Under the pieces are notes generated by a model. The model was not told where the DNA came from, made no database searches, and saw only the letters and a program-made list of their open reading frames with translations. A stretch of DNA of 64,000 bases from an uncultured Clostridia bacterium (GTDB lineage Bacteria; Bacillota; Clostridia; Oscillospirales; JAAYOS01): assembly GCA_947631015.1 (NCBI GenBank), contig CANRJS010000006.1:10347-74346 (forward strand), written 5' to 3'. A program made the translations under genes and the position numbers. Position 1 is the first letter of the stretch. Each line of letters opens with the position of its first letter. Positions 27,875 to 37,521 of the stretch are shown in pieces.

Positions 27875-29833
27875 ATGGCCTTTTCGGAAGAAAACCTTAA
27901 CAAACCGCAGGCCGGCGAGCGCTACGACGCGAGCAATATTCAGGTCCTCGAGGGACTTGAAGCGGTACGCAAGCGCCCCGGCATGTACATCGGCTCGACG
28001 AGCGCGGCGGGTCTTCACCATCTCGTCTACGAGATAGTTGACAACGCGATAGACGAGGCGCTCGCGGGCTACTGCGACCACATCGAGGTCGAGATACTTG
28101 AGGGCAACATCATCCGCGTCACCGACAACGGGCGCGGCATACCGATAGACATTCAGCAGCAGACCGGGCGTCCCGCGCTCGAGGTCGTGTACACCGTCCT
28201 GCACGCCGGCGGAAAGTTCGGCGGCGGCGGATACAAGGTGTCCGGCGGACTGCACGGCGTCGGCGCGAGCGTCGTCAACGCCCTCAGCGAATGGCTCGAG
28301 GTCGAGGTACGCAGAGACGGCAAGTGCGTGATAATGGGCTTCCGGCGCGGCGAGATATCCAAGCCCTTCACCGTGCTCGGCCCCACCGACACGAGCGGCT
28401 CGGTCGTCACCTTCAAGCCCGACCCGGAGATATTCCAGGAGACGACCGAGTTCTCCTACGACACGCTCCTCACGCGCATGCGCGAGCAGGCGTTCCTCAA
28501 CGCCGGCCTCCGCATAACCCTCACAGACAGCCGTCCCGGCTCCGAGACCTTCCGCAAAAGCGAGTCGATGTGCTACGAGGGCGGAGTTTCAAGCTTTGTC
28601 GAATACCTCAACCGCTCGAAGACCCCGCTGCACGCGGCGCCGATATACGTCTCGGGCGAGACGGACGCGGGCTACACCGAAATAGCCCTTCAGTATAACG
28701 ACGGTTACAACGAGATGCTGCTCTCGTTTGCAAACAACATCCACACGCCCGAGGGCGGAACGCACGAGACCGGCTTCAAGACCGCGCTCACGCGCGTCCT
28801 GAACGCCTACGGCCGCAAGTACAAGATACTCAAGGATGACGACAAGCTGTCCGGTGAGGACACGCGCGAGGGTCTCTGCGCCGTTATCAGCGTCAAGCTC
28901 GAGGACCCGCAGTTCGAGGGACAGACGAAGTCGAAGCTCGGCAACAGCGAAATAAAGAACCTTGTAGACAGCGTGTTCTCGGCGAAGCTCGAGACCTTCC
29001 TTGAGGAGAACCCCGCCGTCGCGCGGGCGATACTCGAGAAGGCGGTAAACGCCTCCCGCGCGCGCGAGGCGGCGCGGAAGGCTCGCGAGTCGATACGCCG
29101 CAAGACCGTCCTCGGCGGCGCGGCGATGCCCGATAAGCTTCAGGACTGCAACATCAACGACCCGGAGCTCACCGAGCTGTACATCGTCGAGGGCGACTCC
29201 GCAGGCGGCTCCGCCGTGCAGGGGCGGGACAGCGCGTTCCAGGCGATACTCTCTCTCTGGGGCAAGATGCTCAACGTCGAGCGCGCCCGCGCGGACAAGG
29301 TCTACGGCAACGACAAGCTCCAGCCGGTCATAGCGGCGCTCGGCGCGGGAGTGGGCGAGGAGTTCGACCTCAACCGCCTCCGCTACCACAAGATAATCAT
29401 CATGGCGGATGCCGATGTCGACGGCGCGCATATCCGCACGCTGCTGCCCACCTTCTTCTTCCGCCTTATGCGCCCGCTTATAGAGCACGGCTACGTCTAC
29501 GCCGCCGTGCCGCCGCTCTTCAAGCTGACGCGCGGCAAGGTAACGCGCGTCGCGTACAGCGAGGCGGAGCGGGACGTCGTCTCCGCCGAGATGCGCGGCG
29601 ACAACCCGAACGCCAAGGTGGACATCAGCCGCTTCAAGGGTCTCGGCGAGATGGATCCGGAGGAGCTGTGGGAGACGACGATGGATCCTGCAAAGCGCAC
29701 CCTCAAGCGGATAGAGCTTGACGACGCGATACGCGCCGACGAGGTCTTCACCGTCCTCATGGGCGAGAAGGTCGAGCCGCGCAAGGAGTTCATCGAGCGG
29801 AACGCCCGCTACGCCGTCAACCTCGACTACTGA
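27875..29833 (+). CDS. gyrB: DNA gyrase subunit B
   Basis: [41 protein letters not shown]-like [22 protein letters not shown]. Extended -10 TGcTATAAT at 27795-27803. Confidence 0.97.
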   Translation: MAFSEENLNKPQAGERYDASNIQVLEGLEAVRKRPGMYIGSTSAAGLHHLVYEIVDNAIDEALAGYCDHIEVEILEGNIIRVTDNGRGIPIDIQQQTGRPALEVVYTVLHAGGKFGGGGYKVSGGLHGVGASVVNALSEWLEVEVRRDGKCVIMGFRRGEISKPFTVLGPTDTSGSVVTFKPDPEIFQETTEFSYDTLLTRMREQAFLNAGLRITLTDSRPGSETFRKSESMCYEGGVSSFVEYLNRSKTPLHAAPIYVSGETDAGYTEIALQYNDGYNEMLLSFANNIHTPEGGTHETGFKTALTRVLNAYGRKYKILKDDDKLSGEDTREGLCAVISVKLEDPQFEGQTKSKLGNSEIKNLVDSVFSAKLETFLEENPAVARAILEKAVNASRAREAARKARESIRRKTVLGGAAMPDKLQDCNINDPELTELYIVEGDSAGGSAVQGRDSAFQAILSLWGKMLNVERARADKVYGNDKLQPVIAALGAGVGEEFDLNRLRYHKIIIMADADVDGAHIRTLLPTFFFRLMRPLIEHGYVYAAVPPLFKLTRGKVTRVAYSEAERDVVSAEMRGDNPNAKVDISRFKGLGEMDPEELWETTMDPAKRTLKRIELDDAIRADEVFTVLMGEKVEPRKEFIERNARYAVNLDY

Positions 29834-29880
29834 GTGTGGCGGCACTATGGAAATCACGTTTTTGAATGGAGGGAACGCTC

Positions 29881-32466
29881 ATGGCTAAGAAAAAGCTCGA
29901 CCGCGACCCCGAAGAATACCGCTTTCCCGAACAGAAGATAGTCGCCACTCCGCTCGTTCCCGAGATGGAGCAGAGCTACATCGAGTATGCGATGAGCGTC
30001 ATCGTCGGCAGGGCTCTGCCGGACGTGCGCGACGGTCTCAAGCCGGTCCACCGCCGCATCCTCTACGCCATGTACGAGGACGGGCTCACCCGCGACAAGC
30101 CGTTCCGCAAGTGCGCGACCGCCGTCGGCGACGTGCTCGGACGCTACCACCCGCACGGCGACGCGTCTGTCTACGACGCTCTCGTGCGCCTCGCGCAGAC
30201 CTTCTCGATGCGCTACCCGCTCGTCGAGGGCCACGGCAACTTCGGCTCGGTGGACGGCGACCCGCCCGCCGCGTACCGTTACACCGAGGCGCGCATGGCG
30301 CGCATGGCGGACGAGATGCTCCGCGATATTGATAAGGACACGGTCGACTGGGACCCGAACTTTGATGAGACGCGGAAGGAGCCACGCGTGCTGCCGAGCC
30401 GCTTCCCGAACCTGCTCGTCAACGGTTCGAGCGGCATCGCCGTCGGCATGGCGACAAACATTCCGCCGCACAACCTCACCGAGGTCATAAACGCGACGAT
30501 ATGCGTCCTTAAAAATCCCCACGCCACCCTCGAGGACCTGATGGAGCACATCAAAGGGCCGGACTTCCCGACGCGCGGGATAATCATGGGGCGCAGCGGC
30601 ATCCGCTCCGCATACGCCACCGGGCGCGGGCGGATAATCATGCGCGCCCGCACCGAGTTTGAGACCTTCGGCAACGACCGCCCCCGCATAGTCGTCACCG
30701 AGATACCCTATCAGGTAAACAAGCGGATGCTGATAAAGACGATGGCGGATCAGGTCGAGGACAAGCGCCTCGAGGGCATCAGCGCCATCCGCGACGAGAC
30801 CGACCGCGAGGGCATGCGCATAGTCATCGAGCTGAAGCGGGACGCGAACCCGCAGATAGTCCTCAACCACCTCTTCGCGCAGACGCAGATGCAGTCCACG
30901 TTTGCCGTGAACATGCTCGCGCTCGTCGAGAACCAGACCCAGCCGCGGATACTGTCGCTGAGGCACATCCTTGACGAATACATCGCGTTCCAGGAGGATC
31001 TCATCACCCGCCGCACGCGCTACGACCTCCAAAAGGCTCTCGAGCGCGCGCATCTTCTCGAAGGACTGCTCATAGCGCAGGACAATATCGACGAGGTCAT
31101 ACGTATAATTCGCTCGAGCTACGACAACGCGCGCGAGAACCTCATGGCGCGCTTCGGCCTGTCCGAGGTGCAGGCACAGGCCATACTCGAAATGCAGCTC
31201 CGTAGGCTCCAGGGGCTTGAGAAGGAAAAGCTCGAGACCGAGTACAAGGAGCTCGAGGAAAAGATAGCCTACTACCGCGAGCTGCTCGCGGACGAGGAGA
31301 TGCTGCGCGGCGTACTCATAGACGAGCTCACCGCCATCCGCGACAAGTACGGCGACGAGCGCCTCACCGAGATACAGGAGATCGAGGACGAGATCGACGA
31401 CGAGGACCTTATCGCCGAGGAGGACTGCGTTTTCACCCTCACGCACTTCGGCTACATCAAGCGCCAGACGCCGGACGTATACCGCACGCAACGGCGCGGC
31501 GGGCGCGGCGTCAGCGCCATGACGACGCGCGAGGAGGACTTCGCCGAGACGATATTCCTCGCCTCCACCCACGACCACATCCTCTTTTTCACGAGCGCGG
31601 GGCGCGTCCTCCGCAAGAAGGGCTACAACATCCCGGAGAGCGGACGCACCGCGCGCGGCATGAATATCGTCAACCTTCTCCCGCTCGAGGAGGGCGAGCG
31701 CGTCACGGCGATGATACCGGTGCGCGAGTTTACCGCGAGCGAGTTCCTGTTTATGACGACGCGGAACGGCACGGTCAAGCGGCTCGTCCTCGACGAGCTC
31801 GAGACCGCGCGCAAGGCCGGCATCCGCGCCATCACCCTCGAGGAGGGGGATGAGCTCATTGACGTCCGCAAGACCGACGGCGGGCAGAACATGATAATCG
31901 CCACCCGCCACGGCATGGCGATATGCTTTGACGAGCGCGACCTGCGCCCGCTCGGGCGCGGCGCGATAGGCGTCCGGGGCATCCGCCTCGGCGACGGGGA
32001 CTACGTCGTCGGCGCGGCGGTAGCGACGCCCGGCTCAGCGCTCCTCTGCGTCACCGACAACGGCTACGGCAAGCGCACCCCCGTTGAGGACTACATGCGC
32101 TCCTCCGACGGCGAAAAGACCCCGCAGAGGCGCGGCGGCAAGGGTCTCACGGCCTACCGCCTCACCGAGAAGACCGGTCCGGTGAGCGCCATAGCGGTCG
32201 TCTCGGGCGACGAGGACATCATCTCCGTCTCGGATGACGGCACCCTGATACGTATGCCGGTCGAGGACATCAACGTCTACGGGCGCGTGTCGCAGGGCGT
32301 GCGTGTGATGCGCGTCGCGGAGAGCGCGCGCGTGATAGGCATAGCGGCGATCGCCCGCGCGGACGACACGGAAGGCGGCGGCAACACGGATGCCGTCGTG
32401 GACGGCGTAGACAGCGCGGACGGCGCGACCGACACAGACAACAGCGATGACGCGGACGGCGAGTGA
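29881..32466 (+). CDS. gyrA: DNA gyrase subunit A (acidic C-terminal tail)
   Basis: YAMSVIVGRALPDVRDGLKPVHRR, HPHGDASVYDALVR, active-site AAYRYTEARM. GGAGGG RBS before ATG 29881. Tail: DDTEGGGNTDAVVDGVDSADGATDTDNSDDADGE. Confidence 0.97.
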   Translation: MAKKKLDRDPEEYRFPEQKIVATPLVPEMEQSYIEYAMSVIVGRALPDVRDGLKPVHRRILYAMYEDGLTRDKPFRKCATAVGDVLGRYHPHGDASVYDALVRLAQTFSMRYPLVEGHGNFGSVDGDPPAAYRYTEARMARMADEMLRDIDKDTVDWDPNFDETRKEPRVLPSRFPNLLVNGSSGIAVGMATNIPPHNLTEVINATICVLKNPHATLEDLMEHIKGPDFPTRGIIMGRSGIRSAYATGRGRIIMRARTEFETFGNDRPRIVVTEIPYQVNKRMLIKTMADQVEDKRLEGISAIRDETDREGMRIVIELKRDANPQIVLNHLFAQTQMQSTFAVNMLALVENQTQPRILSLRHILDEYIAFQEDLITRRTRYDLQKALERAHLLEGLLIAQDNIDEVIRIIRSSYDNARENLMARFGLSEVQAQAILEMQLRRLQGLEKEKLETEYKELEEKIAYYRELLADEEMLRGVLIDELTAIRDKYGDERLTEIQEIEDEIDDEDLIAEEDCVFTLTHFGYIKRQTPDVYRTQRRGGRGVSAMTTREEDFAETIFLASTHDHILFFTSAGRVLRKKGYNIPESGRTARGMNIVNLLPLEEGERVTAMIPVREFTASEFLFMTTRNGTVKRLVLDELETARKAGIRAITLEEGDELIDVRKTDGGQNMIIATRHGMAICFDERDLRPLGRGAIGVRGIRLGDGDYVVGAAVATPGSALLCVTDNGYGKRTPVEDYMRSSDGEKTPQRRGGKGLTAYRLTEKTGPVSAIAVVSGDEDIISVSDDGTLIRMPVEDINVYGRVSQGVRVMRVAESARVIGIAAIARADDTEGGGNTDAVVDGVDSADGATDTDNSDDADGE

Positions 32467-32505
32467 CCGCGCGGGCGCTCACCTCGAAACGCCTCATAAA
32501 AATTC

Positions 32506-32545
32506 ACCGGAGCGGCATGAATAATTCATGCCGCTCCGGTTTTTA
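32506..32545. terminator. bidirectional terminator between gyrA and the low-GC island
   Basis: aaaaatt-caccggagcggcatga ataa ttcatgccgctccggt-tttt: a 15-bp stem flanked by an A-run and a T-run. Confidence 0.8.
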
Positions 32546-32547
32546 CG

Positions 32548-33048
32548 TCAGTTTACATATGTTTCGCCGCTGCCGGTCGTTATTATCGAACCGCCCAACT
32601 CAGTTATGTCGTTATACGCTTCGTTTTTCAGCAGAGAGGCAAGCTGCGCACATTCATCATCGCTCCTGATTTGCCGGTGAATGATTTCTTTGTACAGGCC
32701 AAATGTTACAGCTCTTAGCAGCTTGCCGGTCTTTACGTCATATATATCCTGCAAAACTCCGTCATTATACTCCTTGATATACCCCTTCTTTGAATCGAAA
32801 ACCGTTAGTCTCGCTTCGCCGTCTGTATCGTAATAGATAACTCTCACGACGGCGTTTTCAATCGAATCGCCGATATAGCTATCACGGTATGCCGAGGAGC
32901 CGACAGGCACCTCTTTCCAACCAACTTCAGGGCTTCCTATACTGCGAATGACGTCATTATTGTTCAGAGATATACAGCGTTCAACAACATAACATCCCAA
33001 CGCGACTGCGAACACCAACACAACAGATAAGATTATCCGTTTTCGCAT
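32548..33048 (-). CDS. hypothetical membrane-anchored or lipo-protein (low-GC island)
   Basis: 166 aa. N-terminal MRKRIILSVVLVFAVALGC (signal/anchor with Cys). No family recognised. Codon usage is AT-shifted relative to neighbours. Confidence 0.55.
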   Translation of the reverse strand: MRKRIILSVVLVFAVALGCYVVERCISLNNNDVIRSIGSPEVGWKEVPVGSSAYRDSYIGDSIENAVVRVIYYDTDGEARLTVFDSKKGYIKEYNDGVLQDIYDVKTGKLLRAVTFGLYKEIIHRQIRSDDECAQLASLLKNEAYNDITELGGSIITTGSGETYVN

Positions 33049-33113
33049 ATTCGGGCGCTCCTTTGTGAAAGACTAACCGATACAAAGTATAGGTACAGTG
33101 CAGAGCAAACAAT

Positions 33114-34241
33114 TTATTTGCCAAACTCTCCTTTGCCTGCAATCCATTCTCCGTAGGCATTAATTACAGAGTCATAATTGTTTGCCGCCGTGTTCACAAA
33201 AGACGCATAGTTATCCCTTCTGGTTTCTTCATACGGCCATGGCACTTCTGTTGCGATCCAGCAAGGCTGATAGTCCCGACCATATCCATATTCAAATGTT
33301 CCCCACATCGAATCGGTGGTGACATTTACCTCGGCATGCTCTTTAGTCGAGTCGTATATTCCGCTTTCAACTGCAAACCAGTATTCCATATCGCTGGATG
33401 TAACAAATAATATATTGTACAGGAGTTCCCCCGCCGAGGATAGCCAACCAAAACCAGCTAGCATAGCTTCAACAGTGGATAGAGGCCACGAAACAGCGGC
33501 TGAAATGGCCGCAACTGTCGTGCCGACTAAAAACTTGCTGAAATCTTTATGTATGTATGCATAATAATCTTGTGTCTCATACACGTTAACAACTCGGTTA
33601 ACTCCAAGCGAAGAAATATATTTCGTAGAGCTTTTAACTTTTTTCGCATTGTAACTCGGGAAAGTATCTTCCACAGGGTAAATTGCCTCTTTTGTAGTGT
33701 CGTCGATAGATGCTGCGGCAAGACTATTCTTTGGCTTTTCCTCTATTATTGTGGTATTACCAATCGTGTTAACGGTAATCCCGTTAATTTTGCTGAGGTC
33801 TCCCCCATTTTCAACTGCATCTCTTATTTGTAAACGAATCTCCTCGTCCATTTCATACGTTTCAACTTCTGGTATTGGCATGGATTCAACAAGGCCATTT
33901 AAATTTGAGATTATTAAATATCCATCTGTTGTAGTGTTGCGAACTTGACCGTCAGGGAGGTATTCGTCTATAAACCTAACTCCTTTGAGAGTGTAGTCCA
34001 CATAAACGATCTCAGTATAAGGAGACTTATACCCTTCGTTAAGCACGGCTTCCTTGGGTATTGAATAGTTAGCTTCTTCGATTTCGATGGGTTGTACCTC
34101 GCCGGAAGTAACGACCATGTTACGCCCAGATTTTGTCTGTACTGGCGTGGTCTTTTCTGCCGCAAATGCCGAGATATTGATAACGCCAAGCATCATCACA
34201 ACAGTCAGGACGAACGATATGATTCTTTTAAACTTAGACAT
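33114..34241 (-). CDS. hypothetical secreted protein (low-GC island)
   Basis: 375 aa. Signal peptide MSKFKRIISFVLTVVMMLGVINISAFAAEK. AGGAGAAG RBS. No recognisable domain. Hydrophobic segment LVGTTVAAISAAVSWPLSTVEAMLAGFGWLSSAG. Confidence 0.6.
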   Translation of the reverse strand: MSKFKRIISFVLTVVMMLGVINISAFAAEKTTPVQTKSGRNMVVTSGEVQPIEIEEANYSIPKEAVLNEGYKSPYTEIVYVDYTLKGVRFIDEYLPDGQVRNTTTDGYLIISNLNGLVESMPIPEVETYEMDEEIRLQIRDAVENGGDLSKINGITVNTIGNTTIIEEKPKNSLAAASIDDTTKEAIYPVEDTFPSYNAKKVKSSTKYISSLGVNRVVNVYETQDYYAYIHKDFSKFLVGTTVAAISAAVSWPLSTVEAMLAGFGWLSSAGELLYNILFVTSSDMEYWFAVESGIYDSTKEHAEVNVTTDSMWGTFEYGYGRDYQPCWIATEVPWPYEETRRDNYASFVNTAANNYDSVINAYGEWIAGKGEFGK

Positions 34242-34578
34242 AAATCTTCTCCTTTACAAATAAATTTCTGGTTGAAATGGTCAGCGAGTACCATCTTTCG
34301 TAGACAACGCCTATTACTATAAGTTCGGAACCGGGGGTCGGACAATCAGTCCGATCCCCATCCGTCTTGTGCCTAAGCTACAATGGGAGAAGTAATCGGC
34401 TGTCTCTTTTTGCCTATCAAAGCTTCGCGACGAACGTAGGCGCTTCGTACCAGCGTCGAATAGCGCGCTATTTTTGCGACTGCACAAAAAATATAGTTGA
34501 TAGAATAGCCGCAGTGCGAGATTTCTCCAGCCTTCCCATTGCTGTTTACTTAGCCTTTGTGAGCTGTAGTGAGGCGTC

Positions 34579-37137
34579 TCAGCAGTGCTTTGTGAAGCAA
34601 CTCGAACGGAGTATCACGCGCATTATCGCGGCGGCGCTCTTCTCGACCATGGCGCGGGTCGGGGTTATCGTGACCTTCGCGAGACCCTTCGAGACGACCG
34701 GCTCACCCGCCTCGACGGCCTTCTGTATCCCGTCGGACACCGGCTTGCCGCCCGGCTGTATCATGTCGTTGCCTGCCCACATCGAGATCATCGGGGTGCT
34801 TATCCCTCCGCCCCAGTCGGTCATGACAAAACCGTCGAAGCCCCACTCGTCGCGGAGTATCGCGGTGTTGAGTTCGTAGTTGTCGGCATTCGGGACGCCG
34901 TTGGTGTCGTTATAGGAGGTCATGAGAGCCTTCGGCTTCTCGGTCTTGACGCAGTACTCGAACGCGGCAAGGTATATCTCGCGCATTGCGCGCTCGGAGA
35001 TGGTGTTGGAGGAATTGCCGCGCATGAACTCCTGACTGTTGCCGGCGAAGTGCTTTATCGTAACTCCGCCGCCCTCCGCCTGAACGCCCTTCGTCATCGC
35101 GGCGGCGCAGCGTCCGGCGACGACCGGGTCCTCGGCGTAATACTCGAAGTTGCGGCCGCAGAGCGGGCTGCGGTGGATGTTCATGCCGGGAGCGAGCCAC
35201 AGGTCGACCTTGTACTCCTCCATCTCGATACCGGCGGCGTGTCCGACGGCCTCAAGCACCTCATCGTCCCATGACGATGCGAGCAGGGAGCCGGTCGGGA
35301 ACGCGGTGCAGTACTGGTGACGCACGACCTCGCCGTTCTCCTTCACGTCGCGGGTGATGCGGACACCTGCGGGGCCGTCGCACAGGACGAGCGGCGGGAG
35401 CCTGTACTTGTCCCACATATCGGGGCTTTGACCGGCCTCGCCGGGAACCTCGAACTTGAGCTTCTGCTCGTTGCCGCGGCTGACGAGGGCGGCAAACACG
35501 TCGTCATCGTCGTCGTCGTCCTTTCCGTCCTTCTTTTCGGGCTTCGGCGGGGTCGGCATGACGCCCTCAAAGCCGGAGAAGTCCATGCCCTGTCCGCAGA
35601 CGAAGCGGCAGAGATCCTCGAGGTCCATGGTGGCCGCGAGGTCTTCGACGGTCGCCTTGCCCTCGGCGACGTCCCCCAGGGTGATGCCCGGCTTTGCCGT
35701 GCCCGGGACGTAATCATACTTGCCGTACTCGACGGTCTCGCACTTTATCGCCTTCGGGCAGACGGTGAGAACCTTCGCCGCAGCCTTCTCGCCCTCCTCG
35801 CCCTCGTAGGAGATCGGGGTCTCGCCCTTCTTTGTGAGCTTCTCGTAGCCCTCGGGAGTGGTGCCGAGGAGGTTCTTCAGCTTGCGGGTCGTTATCTCGC
35901 TCTCGACCTCAAGAGCGGCGGCGATATGGGTGCTGCGGCTCGAATTGCCGACGCGCACGTAGTACTTGCCGGGCTCGAGGATGTAGGAAGCGGTCGCCTC
36001 GTCATAGCTCGCGAGGTTCGCCACGGGGATGCGGACGGTGACGAACTCCTCCCCGCCGACGCCGAGCACGCCGGTCTTCTTGTAGCCCTTGAGCTCCTGA
36101 TACGGCTTCTCGAGCTTGCCGTCCGGCGCGGAGACGTAGACCTGAACGACCTCGCGGACTGAGTGATGGCGGCACTTGTTCTCGACCTTCGCCGTGACGA
36201 CGATGTCCGCGCCCTCGAGCGCGACGTCGACGCAGGTTATCTCGGGATGGCCGTAGCTGAGACCGAAGCCGAACGGGAAGAGAACCTTCTTGCCGTAGGT
36301 GTCATAGTAGCGGTAGCCGACATAGATGTCGTCATGATACGGGACGTCGGTCTGGTCGGTCTCACCGCCCATGAAGCGGTTGAAGGTCTTGTTGCCGTTC
36401 GGGATGAGCTTGCTGTAATAGTCCTTCGTCGGATCGTCGTCAAAGCTCAGCGGCCATGTGTCGGTGAGCTTGCCGCTGACCGGCACGGCGCCGGTGAGTA
36501 TGTCCGCGACGGCGCAGCCGCCCTCCTGCCCGGGAAGCCCGATGAACAGGACGGAGGTGAGCTTATCCATCTTCGCGGTGATGTCCATGTAGCCCGGGAC
36601 GTTCAGCAGGAGGATGACCTTGCCGAACTCGGCGGCGACGGCGTCGATAAGCGCGCTCTCGTCGGCGGTGAGCATTATCGTGCCGGGCTTCGCCTCCATG
36701 TCCTGACCCTCGCCCGCGATGCGGCTGACGACCACGACGGCGGCGTCGTTCTTTCCGGCAGCGGTCTTTATCACCGACGGGTCTACCGGCGTCTCGTCGT
36801 TGTAGTTCTTCTGCTCGCCGGGGCCGGCAAAGAAGCCCTGCTTGACTATGCCGTGGGTCTCCGCCCACTTGCGGTAGACGGCGGCGACGTCCTCGTCGAC
36901 CTTGAGGCTCTCACAGCCCTCGAGACCCTCGAGGATGTTCACGCTCTTGAGGTTGTTGACCTCGCCCGAGCCGGTGCCGCCCTTGATGGTGTGGATCTGG
37001 CCGATGCCGAACACCGCGAGCTTCGTCCCGTCGTGCAGAGGGAGCAGGTGCCCCTCGTTTTTGAGAAGGACCATGCCCTCGGCGGCGGTCCTGCGCGCGA
37101 CGGCGGCGCTTGCGGCCATGCGTGCCTTGAGTTCCAT
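34579..37137 (-). CDS. glycoside hydrolase family 3 beta-glucosidase/xylosidase-like, permuted domain order
   Basis: N-terminal alpha/beta-sandwich domain (MVLLKNEGHLLPL, VVVVSRIAGEGQD), FPFGFGLSY, then a C-terminal TIM-barrel domain (GPAGVRI, KHFAGNSQE, SYN..NG, GFVMTDWGGG). Start at MELKARM with a GGGAGAG RBS. The ORF-track extension to 37470 reads through repeat copy C. Confidence 0.9.
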   Translation of the reverse strand: MELKARMAASAAVARRTAAEGMVLLKNEGHLLPLHDGTKLAVFGIGQIHTIKGGTGSGEVNNLKSVNILEGLEGCESLKVDEDVAAVYRKWAETHGIVKQGFFAGPGEQKNYNDETPVDPSVIKTAAGKNDAAVVVVSRIAGEGQDMEAKPGTIMLTADESALIDAVAAEFGKVILLLNVPGYMDITAKMDKLTSVLFIGLPGQEGGCAVADILTGAVPVSGKLTDTWPLSFDDDPTKDYYSKLIPNGNKTFNRFMGGETDQTDVPYHDDIYVGYRYYDTYGKKVLFPFGFGLSYGHPEITCVDVALEGADIVVTAKVENKCRHHSVREVVQVYVSAPDGKLEKPYQELKGYKKTGVLGVGGEEFVTVRIPVANLASYDEATASYILEPGKYYVRVGNSSRSTHIAAALEVESEITTRKLKNLLGTTPEGYEKLTKKGETPISYEGEEGEKAAAKVLTVCPKAIKCETVEYGKYDYVPGTAKPGITLGDVAEGKATVEDLAATMDLEDLCRFVCGQGMDFSGFEGVMPTPPKPEKKDGKDDDDDDDVFAALVSRGNEQKLKFEVPGEAGQSPDMWDKYRLPPLVLCDGPAGVRITRDVKENGEVVRHQYCTAFPTGSLLASSWDDEVLEAVGHAAGIEMEEYKVDLWLAPGMNIHRSPLCGRNFEYYAEDPVVAGRCAAAMTKGVQAEGGGVTIKHFAGNSQEFMRGNSSNTISERAMREIYLAAFEYCVKTEKPKALMTSYNDTNGVPNADNYELNTAILRDEWGFDGFVMTDWGGGISTPMISMWAGNDMIQPGGKPVSDGIQKAVEAGEPVVSKGLAKVTITPTRAMVEKSAAAIMRVILRSSCFTKHC

Positions 37138-37265
37138 AACTGTGCTCTCCCTTCGAAAACAGCCGTCGCGGGAAGCGCCCGCGTCCGACCTTAAAATTAT
37201 ATATGTATTATACCATATATTACAGGCTCCTGCAATATCCTGTTTGTGCAAAATATGTATATCTC

Positions 37266-37437
37266 GCAGGAAACCGCGCGGGCTTCGCCTGCGCGGTTTC
37301 CTGCGAGACCGTCGGACAGGGCAAAGCCCTGCCGACGGCAAGCGCTCCGCGAGATGAGTTTTTTCCGACGCGCATGTCGTCGGAAAAAACGAAATTGAAT
37401 TTGTTTCGCCGTCTGCGGCGGCGAAACTCTGCGAGGC
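37266..37437 (+). repeat. mosaic hairpin repeat, copy C (modules a-b-g-h)
   Basis: gcaggaaaccgcgcgggcttcgcctgcgcggtttcctgc GAGACCGTCGGACAGGGCaaaGCCCTGCCGACGGC ... GGAAAAAACGAAATTGA..TTTCGCCGtctgCGGCGGCGAAACTCTGCGAGG. Confidence 0.85.
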
Positions 37438-37521
37438 TTTTGAAGCTGAGACGTCAGAGCGGGCGGCCATACGGCCGCCCGCGTTGACGTGTATTACGAT
37501 TTGTTTAATATACGGTAAATA

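Noticed and set aside
34510-34535. GTGCGA string resembling a group II intron 5' end in the low-GC island flank.
   Set aside because: No domain V/VI-like sequence and no reverse-transcriptase ORF nearby. An isolated hexamer match only.
37138-37470. N-terminal 111-aa extension of the first GH3 ORF (track start 37470).
   Set aside because: The extension is translated from repeat copy C. A GGGAGAG RBS precedes the internal MELKARM start, which aligns with the MELKKF start of the paralogue.
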